A program made the position numbers and the translations under genes. 64,000 nt of DNA. It comes from Amoebophrya sp. A120 (Eukaryota > Protista > Dinoflagellata). The stretch spans positions 6,729,860 to 6,793,859 of the forward strand of contig CAJINV010000001.1 of NCBI GenBank assembly GCA_905178155.1, in the 5' to 3' direction. Shown in pieces: positions 51,724 to 61,912 of the stretch (position 1 is the first letter of the stretch; each line of letters starts with the position of its first letter). The notes under the pieces were generated by a model. The model had not been told where the DNA came from, did not search any database, and saw only the letters and a list, made by a program, of their open reading frames with translations.

Positions 51724-52981
51724 TTAGTTCATCAGAACATCGTTCTGCACAGAAGTCCCAGCGATTTTCTTATCTCGCATTGCCAAAACTGCGAGCACAT
51801 TTTCGGCAAAACTCGGCAACTCCTTGACGTGGCTGGCATTCTCCGACCCGAACATCTCGAGGAATTTCCGTTGCCGGCGCAAGTGAATCCAGTGGTTGAC
51901 TTCCCATATCTTCGCGAGTGGCTCCTTCGCCCCACCCGGCTGGCAAATCTGGTACGGTGGCGGCCCGTGCTCCGCGATCATGCTGGTGATCTTGTCGCCG
52001 CGCGCTTTTTGGAGCTGCCAAATTTTGTTCCACCAAGTCTCGTGTTGTTCGACGTGACCGAGCCACCTGAAAGAGTGCAAGGGGCAAAATTGGAAAGAAA
52101 TAATTATGTTGATCTATCGTTCATTGTGATTCGTCCTTTCGCGATATAAGAAGCCCCGTAAAAACTCCATAATACATCACCACGATCGGAAATAAATTCA
52201 CTTTAGTATACTCATCTGCTCTTGGGTCGGGAACCTGCGAACCTTGCTCGTGCCCCACACGGCAGTGCGTGTGGTAGACGTTTTTGGAGCAAAACTCGAT
52301 CGCCTTGCTGACGTTCCCGTCCATCGATTCCGAAACGCAAACCCAATGCGAGAAGTCCGCACAGAGTTTGAGGCTCGGGAAATTTTTCAATATTTCGATC
52401 GTCCTCCAAGGAGAATATAGGATCCGCGAGCGGTGGGTCTCGTGGCAGATGGGGACTTCTCCAGCATATACTTCGAAAGCCAATGCACATCTGAAGAACT
52501 GCTCAGCCATCCGCGCGGTAAAGAAGTCTCGCCCACTGTGAGATACAATCAGATGTAGCGGAAGGCCAAATCGATGCTTCCAGAAGCTAGCTTTGTTTAC
52601 TTGCTCCTTCCACACGTCGAAGTGCATGTCCGCAAAGGCATCTCCCTCCCTCCCATCCATATCTAACACTCCCCCCTTCGGCTCCGTCGGCGGCGCCGTG
52701 TACCCCTCGTACGGTCCGCCCCACAAAATCCCCGCTCCAGGGCAGACGACGTTGTCTGTGAAGATCATGACGTTGCACTTCATATTATTCTCCACTAGCA
52801 GCTTCGTCATCCTTTCCACTCCATGGAACAGAAGGAGTTTGAAAGGGATCTCGATTCCATCGAACCCCAACTGGGCCAACAAGGGAATCGTTTCCTCCAT
52901 CGTGTGCACAGGCGAACGCGCGGCAGGGCCGTCGCACTCGTCCGTAACACCCCACAAAGTCCGGAATTGGAGCAGCTTCAT
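51724..52981 (-). CDS. Xylose-isomerase-like TIM-barrel protein (sugar phosphate isomerase/epimerase family)
   Basis: RTLWGV, GFDGIE, HSGRD, HETHR, ADFSHWVCVSE, HCRVG...QVPDPRA and EHGPPPY. A GT-AG intron with donor at 52211 joins to the WLGHVEQH exon. Confidence 0.85.
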
Positions 52982-53513
52982 GGTTTCGATAAACTTTTTG
53001 TTTTCAAAGAGTTTGAAGAAATTCCGTGCAAGTGAAAATCTTTTCTAGCAGGCTGACACCGCGAACGAGGCAGGTGCTGGTGTCCTAGTCTAAATTGCTT
53101 CTCATATGATCTGTGGTGATTGTATCTGTACGGCCAGATAAGACTTCAGCAAAGGCAGTAGTGAGCTTCTAGGATGCATCAGAACCAAATTGATCAGAGA
53201 TGCGATCTCGAGGATGGAGATCGCCTTGGTGATCCAGATCATGAAACAAGTTTCTGAACATCCTCTCAACCACCCCGTGAAAATCAAAGCACACGACTGC
53301 ACTGTCTTGTCTATCGTTTATTTTTACCTGTCCCTATTTATTTTACAACCGTCTTCGTGGAAGCTGCACAAGATCTATGTCAATCCGAGACTCGAATGAA
53401 CCACTCCTCAACAAAATAAAATTGTCGTGGACACCAGCACTACGGGCAACATGATCTGTATTAATCACAAAAAACAGAGGATCTAAAACATGCATGATCA
53501 TACGACAACACAA

Positions 53514-55042
53514 TCACAAGTTCGCACCACCACCTCGTTTCTCCGGCTTAAACCGTTTCCCCTTGTACAGAATAGGCACCGTTTCACGCACTTTACTCAA
53601 CCACAGGGACAGCGGCTTCAAGCTTTTCTCGTCCTGCAGCTCGGGCAGCGCGGGCGGCATCTCGATATCGCCAATGAACCCGATTCCGGCCAACCGCTCC
53701 ATCATGGCGTAGAGACCGCACTGTGCGCCGGTCAGTGACTCAGGAGGCGTTGGCGCTGTGTAAAGGTCTTTCAACCCCGTTCCCAAAAACTCGATCAGCC
53801 GTCGGCGCACCCGCTCTTCTACCTCCGGCGACCCCGCTTCCGCCATGGTTTGGCAGGCGCAGAGCTGCAAATCACTGTCGTACTCCGCTAGGTCCCGTTG
53901 GATCGAAGCTAGAAAACTCGCCCGCTGCGACTTTATAACCCGCTCAGGTGTTACAATCTCAAACGTTACAATAGAATTTGGAATTTGTCTTGCAAAATCC
54001 GTAACATCTGGCCTACTTCCAAAGGAGCGCGCATGACAAGTTTCGGAGCTCCAAACCCCAGGAGAATCATCTGACGAAATTTGTATTGCGAAAAGCCCAA
54101 GTCCCTGTATGGTACTCATGCTGTTCACGCAAGACAAATTCCAGATTCTATTGTAACGTTTGAGATTGTAACATCCGAGCACGCCATAGAATTCGTCAGG
54201 TAGTCCACGGCACTTCCCCGAAAAGCGAAGATGAAGCCGGGCAGGTTGTCTTTGAATTTCTTCTTCATGGACCGCTCGTAACTCGGCGGGTAAATCCAGT
54301 TGTAGTAGAGTAAAAAGGAGTTCAACTCTTTTCCAATCTTGATTTCGCTAAATTTGAAATCCGCGGCCGCATCTGGGAAAAAGGGAGAAATCTTTATTTT
54401 CTCGATTGTTTCTTCACTCCTGGTTGTTACTGGAAGAGCAGATGTGCCGGCGTGGGAGAAAATTTCGTCTAATCGTTGGAAAATCTTGTCCGAATCCGGC
54501 ACGATTTCGTCTGGTTTTCCATTTTCCGTAAATTTGATCACCATCTCCGGGGTCAGGAGGCCGCCAGAGGGCAATTTTCGCCGACTGGGAATCACACTAA
54601 CGTGGTCGACGAAGTGAGGCAATTTCCGGGATTGCAACCCCGCGAGCGTTTTCGCGGCGAACTGAGAGCCGCCCAGCACGTAAATCGTGAGCCTTTCAAC
54701 GCCGAAGTTCCGAATCTGCACCATGTTTTGTTCGTCGTTGTTGGCACCAGCAGTAGTTCTTGTCGATTTATTCGCAGATCCAGCAGCTTCTCCAGGCGCA
54801 GAAGGATTTATTTCCGGGTTAGACGAGTCAGTACTGGAGGTCATGGTTGGTGCAAAGGGGTGCCGCGAGAAATCTGAAAGTTGCACTGATGTGGAAGATC
54901 CTGTGGATGCCGTTGTACTGAACGGACGGAGATTAGGACTAGGGGGCTGGACGGACGGATTAGGACTAGGGGGCTGGTGTTCCTGGGGCTGTACAGCCAA
55001 AAATGGCAAACTTCTCGCGCTCAAACGTAAAAGTCGCACCAT
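53514..55042 (-). CDS. GST-fold (glutaredoxin / prostaglandin E synthase 2-like) protein with an N-terminal targeting-like extension; interrupted by an introner
   Basis: SQFAAK (SPFxxK-like), cis-Pro region LTPEMVI, and IVPDSDKI. Removing 260 bp fuses ORFs 54125..55042 and 53514..54182 (DYLT[K/N]SQRASF). Confidence 0.6.
53934..54188. mobile_element. Introner / TIR-bounded non-canonical intron, family D (255 bp, TSD GACTT/GAATT with one mismatch)
   Basis: About 60-bp TIR with core tgttacaatctcaaacgttacaatagaat(t/c)tggaatttgtcttgc and TAT...ATA ends. Direct repeats at 53929-53933 and 54189-54193. Confidence 0.88.
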
Positions 55043-55730
55043 GCTTGCAATGTTCGTGGATAATGTCGTTGTGTGATGTAATACTCAGACTGTACCAGAA
55101 CCAGTCTGCAACCAAGAAGGAGTCTGTCTTCATCGGCAATTATGGCGCAATCCGTCTACTCTGTTACTTACTGGTTTTCGATAGGCATCAAGAAGCTTGA
55201 AGCAGAAACGCAGAAGCGAGATATCATGAGGAACACGTTCGCGTCGCGTCATATCTCGCGAAAGAATTAGTTTGTCTGCGGTGACCGACTGAATTCTACC
55301 TTCAGCTTTGTTTATTTCATCAAGGGTCGCAGTTCAGTTCGATACTCTCCTTAGAAGTGGCTGGAGTTGATAGATTACGAATAAGCGTCGTGACAAAACA
55401 GCTCTGTTTTTGGCCGCATAATCGAGTTAAGTACTATAGGACCTGCGGAGGATCAATGGCGTCAGGGGACCTTCTAGGCAGCTACAGAAGTCGTCGGGTG
55501 CCATTCATTGTTAGCCGAAGCCGAACTTTTCCGAGCAGAATCAATGCGGACAGTGTGTAGTTGGGTAGAAAGCTTTTGCACTTCCTGCTCCACGTTTCAG
55601 AATAGGTGAGGACAATCGACATGAACAAAATGTCGTAAGTGTATTGATGATTCAATTTTAAGCTTGACCTTGACTCGTCTCGCACGACCACCCTGCTAGC
55701 TCATCAAGCAGCAAGCCTCATTCATACTCA

Positions 55731-58700
55731 CTACGTCGCTACCGCGCCGCCCATTTGCATTTGCTGCATTTGCTGCGTCACCGTTAGGAGCCCGGTTACT
55801 CGACCCATAATCTCATTGAGCCGCTTGTCGTAGGGAAAGGCTTTCGCCTCCGCGCTCGTTGTCAAGATTTCTTCCTTCCGCGCCTTTTCCTTGTCCCCAA
55901 GCAACTGCTCAGCCTTGAAGATCTTGTACTTGCAGCGGGTGTCGTCGTTGTAGGTCTCCTTTTCGCACATCAGTACCATCTTCCAGCGTGTGAAAAACTT
56001 GTCGTTGAACAGATTCTCGATCTGCTGACCGTCCTGCGCGTTCGTCTCCTTGCTCTGCCACTTCTTCCACAGCGTCCGTGCCGGCAGCGGCTTTTCCTGC
56101 ATCTCCCCAGCCGTGAGCGGTACGCCGGTCTCCTCATCGTGGTACATTGCCTGACCGAACTGGTTTACCTGCTGGTTGCCGTGCTGGTCAACCAACGGCT
56201 GCCAGGCTTGCAAAATGTTTTGTCGATCCGCCAGCAGGGTTCCCCCAATATCGTCAAACGCCGTCGCCACGGTGGACCCGGACTCGTCCGTCAAATGCAT
56301 CCGGATGATGTATCGTGGGTCGGGCTGTCGTGCAGAAGTAGACATTGAGTGAAGCTTCGTTTTTGATTTGAAATCGCGCTCGTGTGCATCAGTGTGAGTC
56401 TGTTGCTGGAACAAAAAGGGAGCTACTTCTTACCTAATCAGACGCCTCTCTATGCGTGTGCAACAAGATGCGAACGAAGTAAGCGAAAACAAGCATGAAA
56501 GAAAAGCGACGTGCTTCTCCTATAAATAAAAGCAAAAAGCTGTAGCTTAAGAATACGTTCAGAGTTTTGTGCCCATCCGCGCATACCCAGTAGTCCGGGT
56601 TGTCACCGAACCCGACCTTGTCCAGTTTCTTGCGGCACTCGCTAATTTTTGTTTTTGTCGGATCGCCATAGACTGGGCGCTCGACCTTTTCCGGGCACGC
56701 CAGGTAGTAGGGTTCCTTGCTGTGTGCGATCGACGCGATTTCCACGCATTCCAGGTTATGCCAAAGCACCTGACGATAATGCCAACATTAGAGACCATGA
56801 GACTTTGACTCTCACGACCTGGACCTGCAAGCATGACAAAGAAAAAGAATATCGTTTTAAAGTACTAGCCGTGGCATGATCAATATCAACCCAAAGGGCA
56901 CCACCACAAACAAGAGCGCTACTGCAGCTTACCCTGGGCGGCTCGCCGCCGTCTGCGGTGGGTTGTGGGTCCAGCAGCTTGTGCTGTTCCGCCAGGATTT
57001 CCCGAATCGTTTGACTCCCGCGACCCTTTGCCCCGTTGGAGCGCTGCCCGCCGAGCCTTCGCGCCTGGTTGACCAGTTGCGGGTTATCAAATGCAAAAAT
57101 GTCTGGGTCTGGAAGAATTCATGTTTGTCATGCTTGTCTGACATGACTCTTAAATCTGTCATGCACGTTACCCAAGAGCTCCGTTTCTCTGTGATGCAGA
57201 AGCGCAGTTTGTCTTGCAGAATAGGCAACACCTAGGAGCTCAGAAACTTGTCATGCTGCGCCAGCATTTGTAGCCTCATCATGAGACGCCACCCAGCATC
57301 ACAAGTTTCCAGACCCAGACATTTTTGCATTTGATACGGGTTGTTGTTGTACCAGGTCAGGATCTCTTGCACGCGCTGATCCGAAGGGAGAGGCTCCGTA
57401 ACCTGGCCGCCGCTCAAGGTGCGGCCTTGAAAGTCCCCTACCTGCGCGCCCTTCACGTACCAGACGACTCCCACTTGCGGCGTCGACGCCTTTAGTTTTT
57501 CACCTTTCTGGCCCCAAACAGTAAGACCGATGCTGCACCCAGACTGGTCAACCAGCTGGAATTCCACCTTGGCGCTTTCCCCATTTTTCGTGTTGACCAT
57601 CGCCGTATCGCCAATCTCGTGCACGATGGCGCAAATGTCAACCTTCTTGCCTTTCTCCGTTGTCTCGACCGTGCTGATTTTGACGAAGTTCCAGTTGCCG
57701 TCTGGAATGGCGCCGCAGTCGGCTTCCGGAACTGGCGTAATCTGCGTGCTCTTGTTGAAGGTAATCTCGAACCTGTTCGGGATTTCGATTAATGTGTGAT
57801 GGGCTTCTTCTTCTTTATTTGAGTTCTGTTTTTGCATATGACAAATGCAATCTTGCATGCTCTCTGACATTCTCGAACCAGAGCTAGAAAGACGGGATGT
57901 CACGAGAGGATGTAGAGCCCGCTGGTGCGACATGTTTCGTAATCTTACGCTGCCAGATCACATACACAGGGCACTGGCAAACAACAAACTGGAACTCAAT
58001 GACTACAGGACAGAAAAAAGCACGCTGATACTCTGCGTTCGGGCGGTATCTCTTGTTGGCGTTCTTCACCTCTCCTTTGTGAAAGATGTAGCAGCTGCCT
58101 TCTTGCAGAATTTGGAAAAACTTCTGCGCTTCGTTGCCGAAAAAGGTGCCGCTTATCTCGCTGAGGTGTTCATCCATCAGCTCAACGTTGAACCTGCAGC
58201 GGAATTGTAATTGATTACTCCTCACTTTCGATTTGATATTTCTTTTTCAAACAAGCTCATCAAGTCGTGCTCTGCAGATGCTATATGCATGCTGATCGCC
58301 GTCACCAAAGAATGGATCTATCTCTTGATGTTGATGTCACCTCCATTTTTCAACTTCAAGCATGAGAGTGCAGCGCGCTACAGCTGGCTATCTCTTTTCT
58401 ACCTAGTTCTAGCAAGCAAACGGAGCATGAGCAAAGCCGCAAAACTTGAAAACAAAAATCTTTCGTACAGCTGCCCCTCGCCTCGCTGATTCGTGAATTT
58501 CCGCATTTCGCTTTTGCTGATTACCCGGGCAAAAATCTTGAACCCCCCAGCGTAGCACGAGAGGTCTCGGATCGGCATATAGCCCTTGGGGCGATTACCG
58601 GTGTCAGCAGCACCAATCCGCTGAATCGGGCCTCGGGACGAGGACGCAGCCGCGTTGCCGGTGCTGATGTGAAGAGTGCGAAAAAAATTGAAAACGCATT

Positions 58701-59738
58701 TCGCTGTTAACATACATGATCCTGCTACAACATGAACAGAGAGAACGATCTCAGCAAACTAACAGACACCCGAGCGACTCGTTAAAAAAAAATCTTAGCT
58801 CGAGGCTTAATTCGAGGAAAGCAGCAGAAAGCAGGATCATACGTAATTCCTTGCTGCATTCCAGCAACCGGTTGCTGCTGCTGCATCTGCATCGCTCCAG
58901 GTTGTTGCTGCATCTGTTGTTGCATCATTTGTGGATTCGGCTGCTGCTGTTGCTGCATCTGCATGGCACCTTGAGGTTGGCCCGGTTGCTGCATCGGAAT
59001 GCCGGGTTGTTGCGGCGGCATATTATTCCCGCCCATCGGGTGCTGATGCGGCATGAAGTTACCACCCTGTGGCTGCATCGGCATGCCGTTATTGGGACTC
59101 TGGAAGTTAGTTCCAGGCTGCTGTTGCATCTGCATTCCTTGCTGAGGGGGCTGCATCGGGGCTCCACCACCCTGCATCGGCATCATATTTCCACCCATCG
59201 GTTGCATACCTGGCTGTTGCATTTGGATGCTACCTCCAGGCTGTTGCATCTGCATATTGCCACCTGGCTGCTGTATCTGCATGTTTCCACCTCCTGGCTG
59301 CTGCATCTGCATTCCTGGTTGCTGCTGCATCTGCATCCCAGTTTGCTGCTGCATTCCCATCGCGCCTGGTGTTTGCGGCATTTGCCCGAAGCTTTGCTGC
59401 TGCATGTTGCCTTGCTGCGGAGCCTGCACTTGCTGTGGCGTCGGTGCTGCTCCCGGTGGCTGCACTTGCTGTTTTGATGTTTTTCTTCAGTTCTGGTTCA
59501 AACTTGAACTTCGAACGCAATAAATCTCCTGGGAACAACTAAATGAATCTTTGCAAACCGAAACGACATACATTTACTTCTTTTACTTTTACATCAACAT
59601 CGCACAAAATGTGCTACAAGAAACCTGTTGCGCGGCTGCGTAGGGGTTAAAATTCACGGCGGATCCTCCGCCTTGGTTGAACGCCCCGGATGCGTAGGGG
59701 TTGTCGCTTTGCTCGCCTAAGTTTCCGAAGGAATTCAT
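55731..59738 (-). CDS. RPA1: Replication protein A large subunit (RPA70/RPA1) with a Q/P/M/G-rich N-terminus
   Basis: OB folds FKIFARVISKSEMRKFTNQRGEGQLFNVELMD, VDICAIV..LVDQSG..TVWG..VGDFQGRTLS and YYLACP..CRKK..YWVC..RYII..LTDESG..CEKETYND. Six GT-AG introns plus one introner all join in frame. ATG at 59738. Confidence 0.92.
57085..57336. mobile_element. Introner / TIR-bounded non-canonical intron, family A (252 bp, TSD CGGGT)
   Basis: Perfect 30-bp TIR tatcaaatgcaaaaatgtctgggtctggaa. CGGGT at 57080-57084 and 57337-57341. Removal gives in-frame WYNNNPQLVNQARRLGG. Confidence 0.94.
58845..59470 (-). repeat. Low-complexity coding repeats (MQMQQQPGG-type) in the RPA1 N-terminus
   Basis: Repeated tgctgcatctgcat units; ORF 58782..59465. 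Confidence 0.85.
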
Positions 59739-60385
59739 GATTGTGGGCTCGTTTTAGTCGTTAATCACTGTGAAACTGAAAACGTCCAAAAAAACTGTTG
59801 GTTTTCTATTTCTTTCGTAGCCTACGTTTGTTCTCAAAATAACTAAGGAACAAATAGAAGGGCCGAAAATGAAAAATCTAGCTTCGCATACTGCTATACT
59901 CTATACACCTTGGGATTTCTAGATAGAAACTCATGGGAAGAAGGAACTGACTGTGATGATGTTTTGAAACAGAAAAAATTGGCAAAAAGCGAAAGCCCGA
60001 AGAAATTCAAATCGTAAAATCGAAGAAAGCGATTTCGAACATCAATGTTCCTTCAGAAAGCCACTTCATCTCCAAGCACTTTTGAGGTTCAAAGCTTTGA
60101 ATTGGATATCTCCTTGCCATGGCTTAGTTATCATTACCATGATTCGCGAACTCAAAACGACGAGGCATGAATCCAAAAAATTCATGAGAGTATCGACTTT
60201 GCTCTAAAACCGGCGGGGCTATCGACTGTCGAACAAACAAGCGAACTTGCATCATGTGGTGGCCAGCCTGACACGCGAAAGCTTTCGAGAAAACGAGGCG
60301 TCAACTCGTCGATGTCAGATGTAGATGATCTTTTGTCGCATTATACTCTGTCGCTTTTCGTTTTGTTCATACATGATGTGCAAGC

Positions 60386-61384
60386 TCATCCCAGCACCAT
60401 CGTTTTTTGCAGTCGTCCGCAATTTTCCAGTAATGCTTTCAGGGTCTCTCTGTCGACATTTTTTGTGAAGTTGGCTACTAATGCGGCACAAATTTCTTCT
60501 TCTTCCCTTGTTGGCAAGTCAACTGTTAGCTGCGACGGCTTGGGTGGCCGCAACGTGATATTGCAGGTTGCGTGTTCGCCCGGAGGGGCATAGGAATCGA
60601 GATCTATGCGGGAGAAGACTTCATTCTCCGGCAGGATGCCATACAGTTTCGGTAGATCTAGTGGATAGGTATCCCAAAAATATTTCGGAACGACCCTAGA
60701 AAAGTAGTCCTTCACAGCACTCGTCTTCTTCATCTCCCCCTCGCGGACCCGGTTGACGATCATCCCAAGAACCGGCACGCGGCCGTTGGGACAGGCCTCA
60801 AAAAAGGATCTCGCTTGCTCGTAGGAATCTATCGAATCTCCCATTCCGGGTTTCCCGACTATCAAGACCGGCGATTTGCAAAGAAACGCGGTAGTCGCGT
60901 TTGACACGCCGCATAAGCTGCCGACGCCTGGGTAGCCGACGCCGTCGATTAGCAGGACTTTGATCGGTTTATTTTTCACCGCGGTTATATCGTCGTTGGT
61001 AAAATCGGCGATGTCGGCGCTTGGATTCAACAAGTCATCGACAGCTTCCTCTATTCTCGATTGGAGAGTGCTCCTGTATTCCTCGACATTTCTACCGTAC
61101 ACCTCTGTTGGAAGAGTCTCTGTTGCGAATTTCTGCGTGAAACCAGCGAAAAATACCACGGGCCCGACGTGTCGTGCGCGTATTCCCTTCGCCTTGCAAA
61201 ACTTCGCTACGAGCGTCTGCTGAATGCCCTGCGTGCAGGGCTTAATGTAAGCAAGTTCGTCTGGGCTGTAGCCCATTTCCAAGAGCGCACCGAGGATACC
61301 CAAGCATAGCGTGCTCTTTCCGGACCCTTGTCCCGCAGCGCCGGCGACGAAAAGGCGAACTGCTTCATCCCGATTCGCAGACAT
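60386..61384 (-). CDS. BioD / phosphotransacetylase N-terminal-like P-loop ATPase (AAA_26 family), intronless
   Basis: LFVAGAAGQGSGKSTLCLG, LAYIKP, LLIDGVGYPGVGS..VSNA, PVLIVGKPGMGDSID and VLGMIVNRV. Confidence 0.8.
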   Translation of the reverse strand: MSANRDEAVRLFVAGAAGQGSGKSTLCLGILGALLEMGYSPDELAYIKPCTQGIQQTLVAKFCKAKGIRARHVGPVVFFAGFTQKFATETLPTEVYGRNVEEYRSTLQSRIEEAVDDLLNPSADIADFTNDDITAVKNKPIKVLLIDGVGYPGVGSLCGVSNATTAFLCKSPVLIVGKPGMGDSIDSYEQARSFFEACPNGRVPVLGMIVNRVREGEMKKTSAVKDYFSRVVPKYFWDTYPLDLPKLYGILPENEVFSRIDLDSYAPPGEHATCNITLRPPKPSQLTVDLPTREEEEICAALVANFTKNVDRETLKALLENCGRLQKTMVLG

Positions 61385-61912
61385 GTTGATGTGGACAATT
61401 CTTTGAAAGAATTCGAAGTAAGTCTACATCTCTAGGAGGGCCACGCCAATGCACTCACAATGAAAAAGAACAAACAAGCTCTGGATGCAGAAGTACCAGC
61501 AACCAGACCCACTACTTCATGGTCTTTGGATTTGGCAGAAAAGATTCCGCTGCGAATTTGTTTAAACCTTGTACTCTAAGACGATGGAGCGAAACAGAAG
61601 CGCGGCAATGTTCTTCAGGGTTTGAACGCTCGTTCATCTTTCTTCATTTCGATTCCATTTCACAGTTCCGCATCTCTGTTGACCAGAGTATGTATTGTGA
61701 GACCTTCTACCGACCCCTGTCCTGAAGGAACTTTACTCCCTTTCCCAGGTCGAATTCTAGATTTTTGTTTTAGTTTTTCTCGCATTGCTCGTCAGTGTAC
61801 AGTTGTTGTGCTTGTGGTTCTCCTGCTTCTAAATTCATCTGGCGTGGCTCACCAGCGGGGAATTCAAACTGGCCTGCTTTGTTATTGTTTCCTTGACGCG
61901 TCGACATAGACA

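Noticed and set aside
8095-57933. Apparent frameshifts or split ORFs as pseudogenes or programmed frameshifting
   Set aside because: Every break is exactly explained by a GT-AG intron or a TIR/TSD element whose removal restores the frame.
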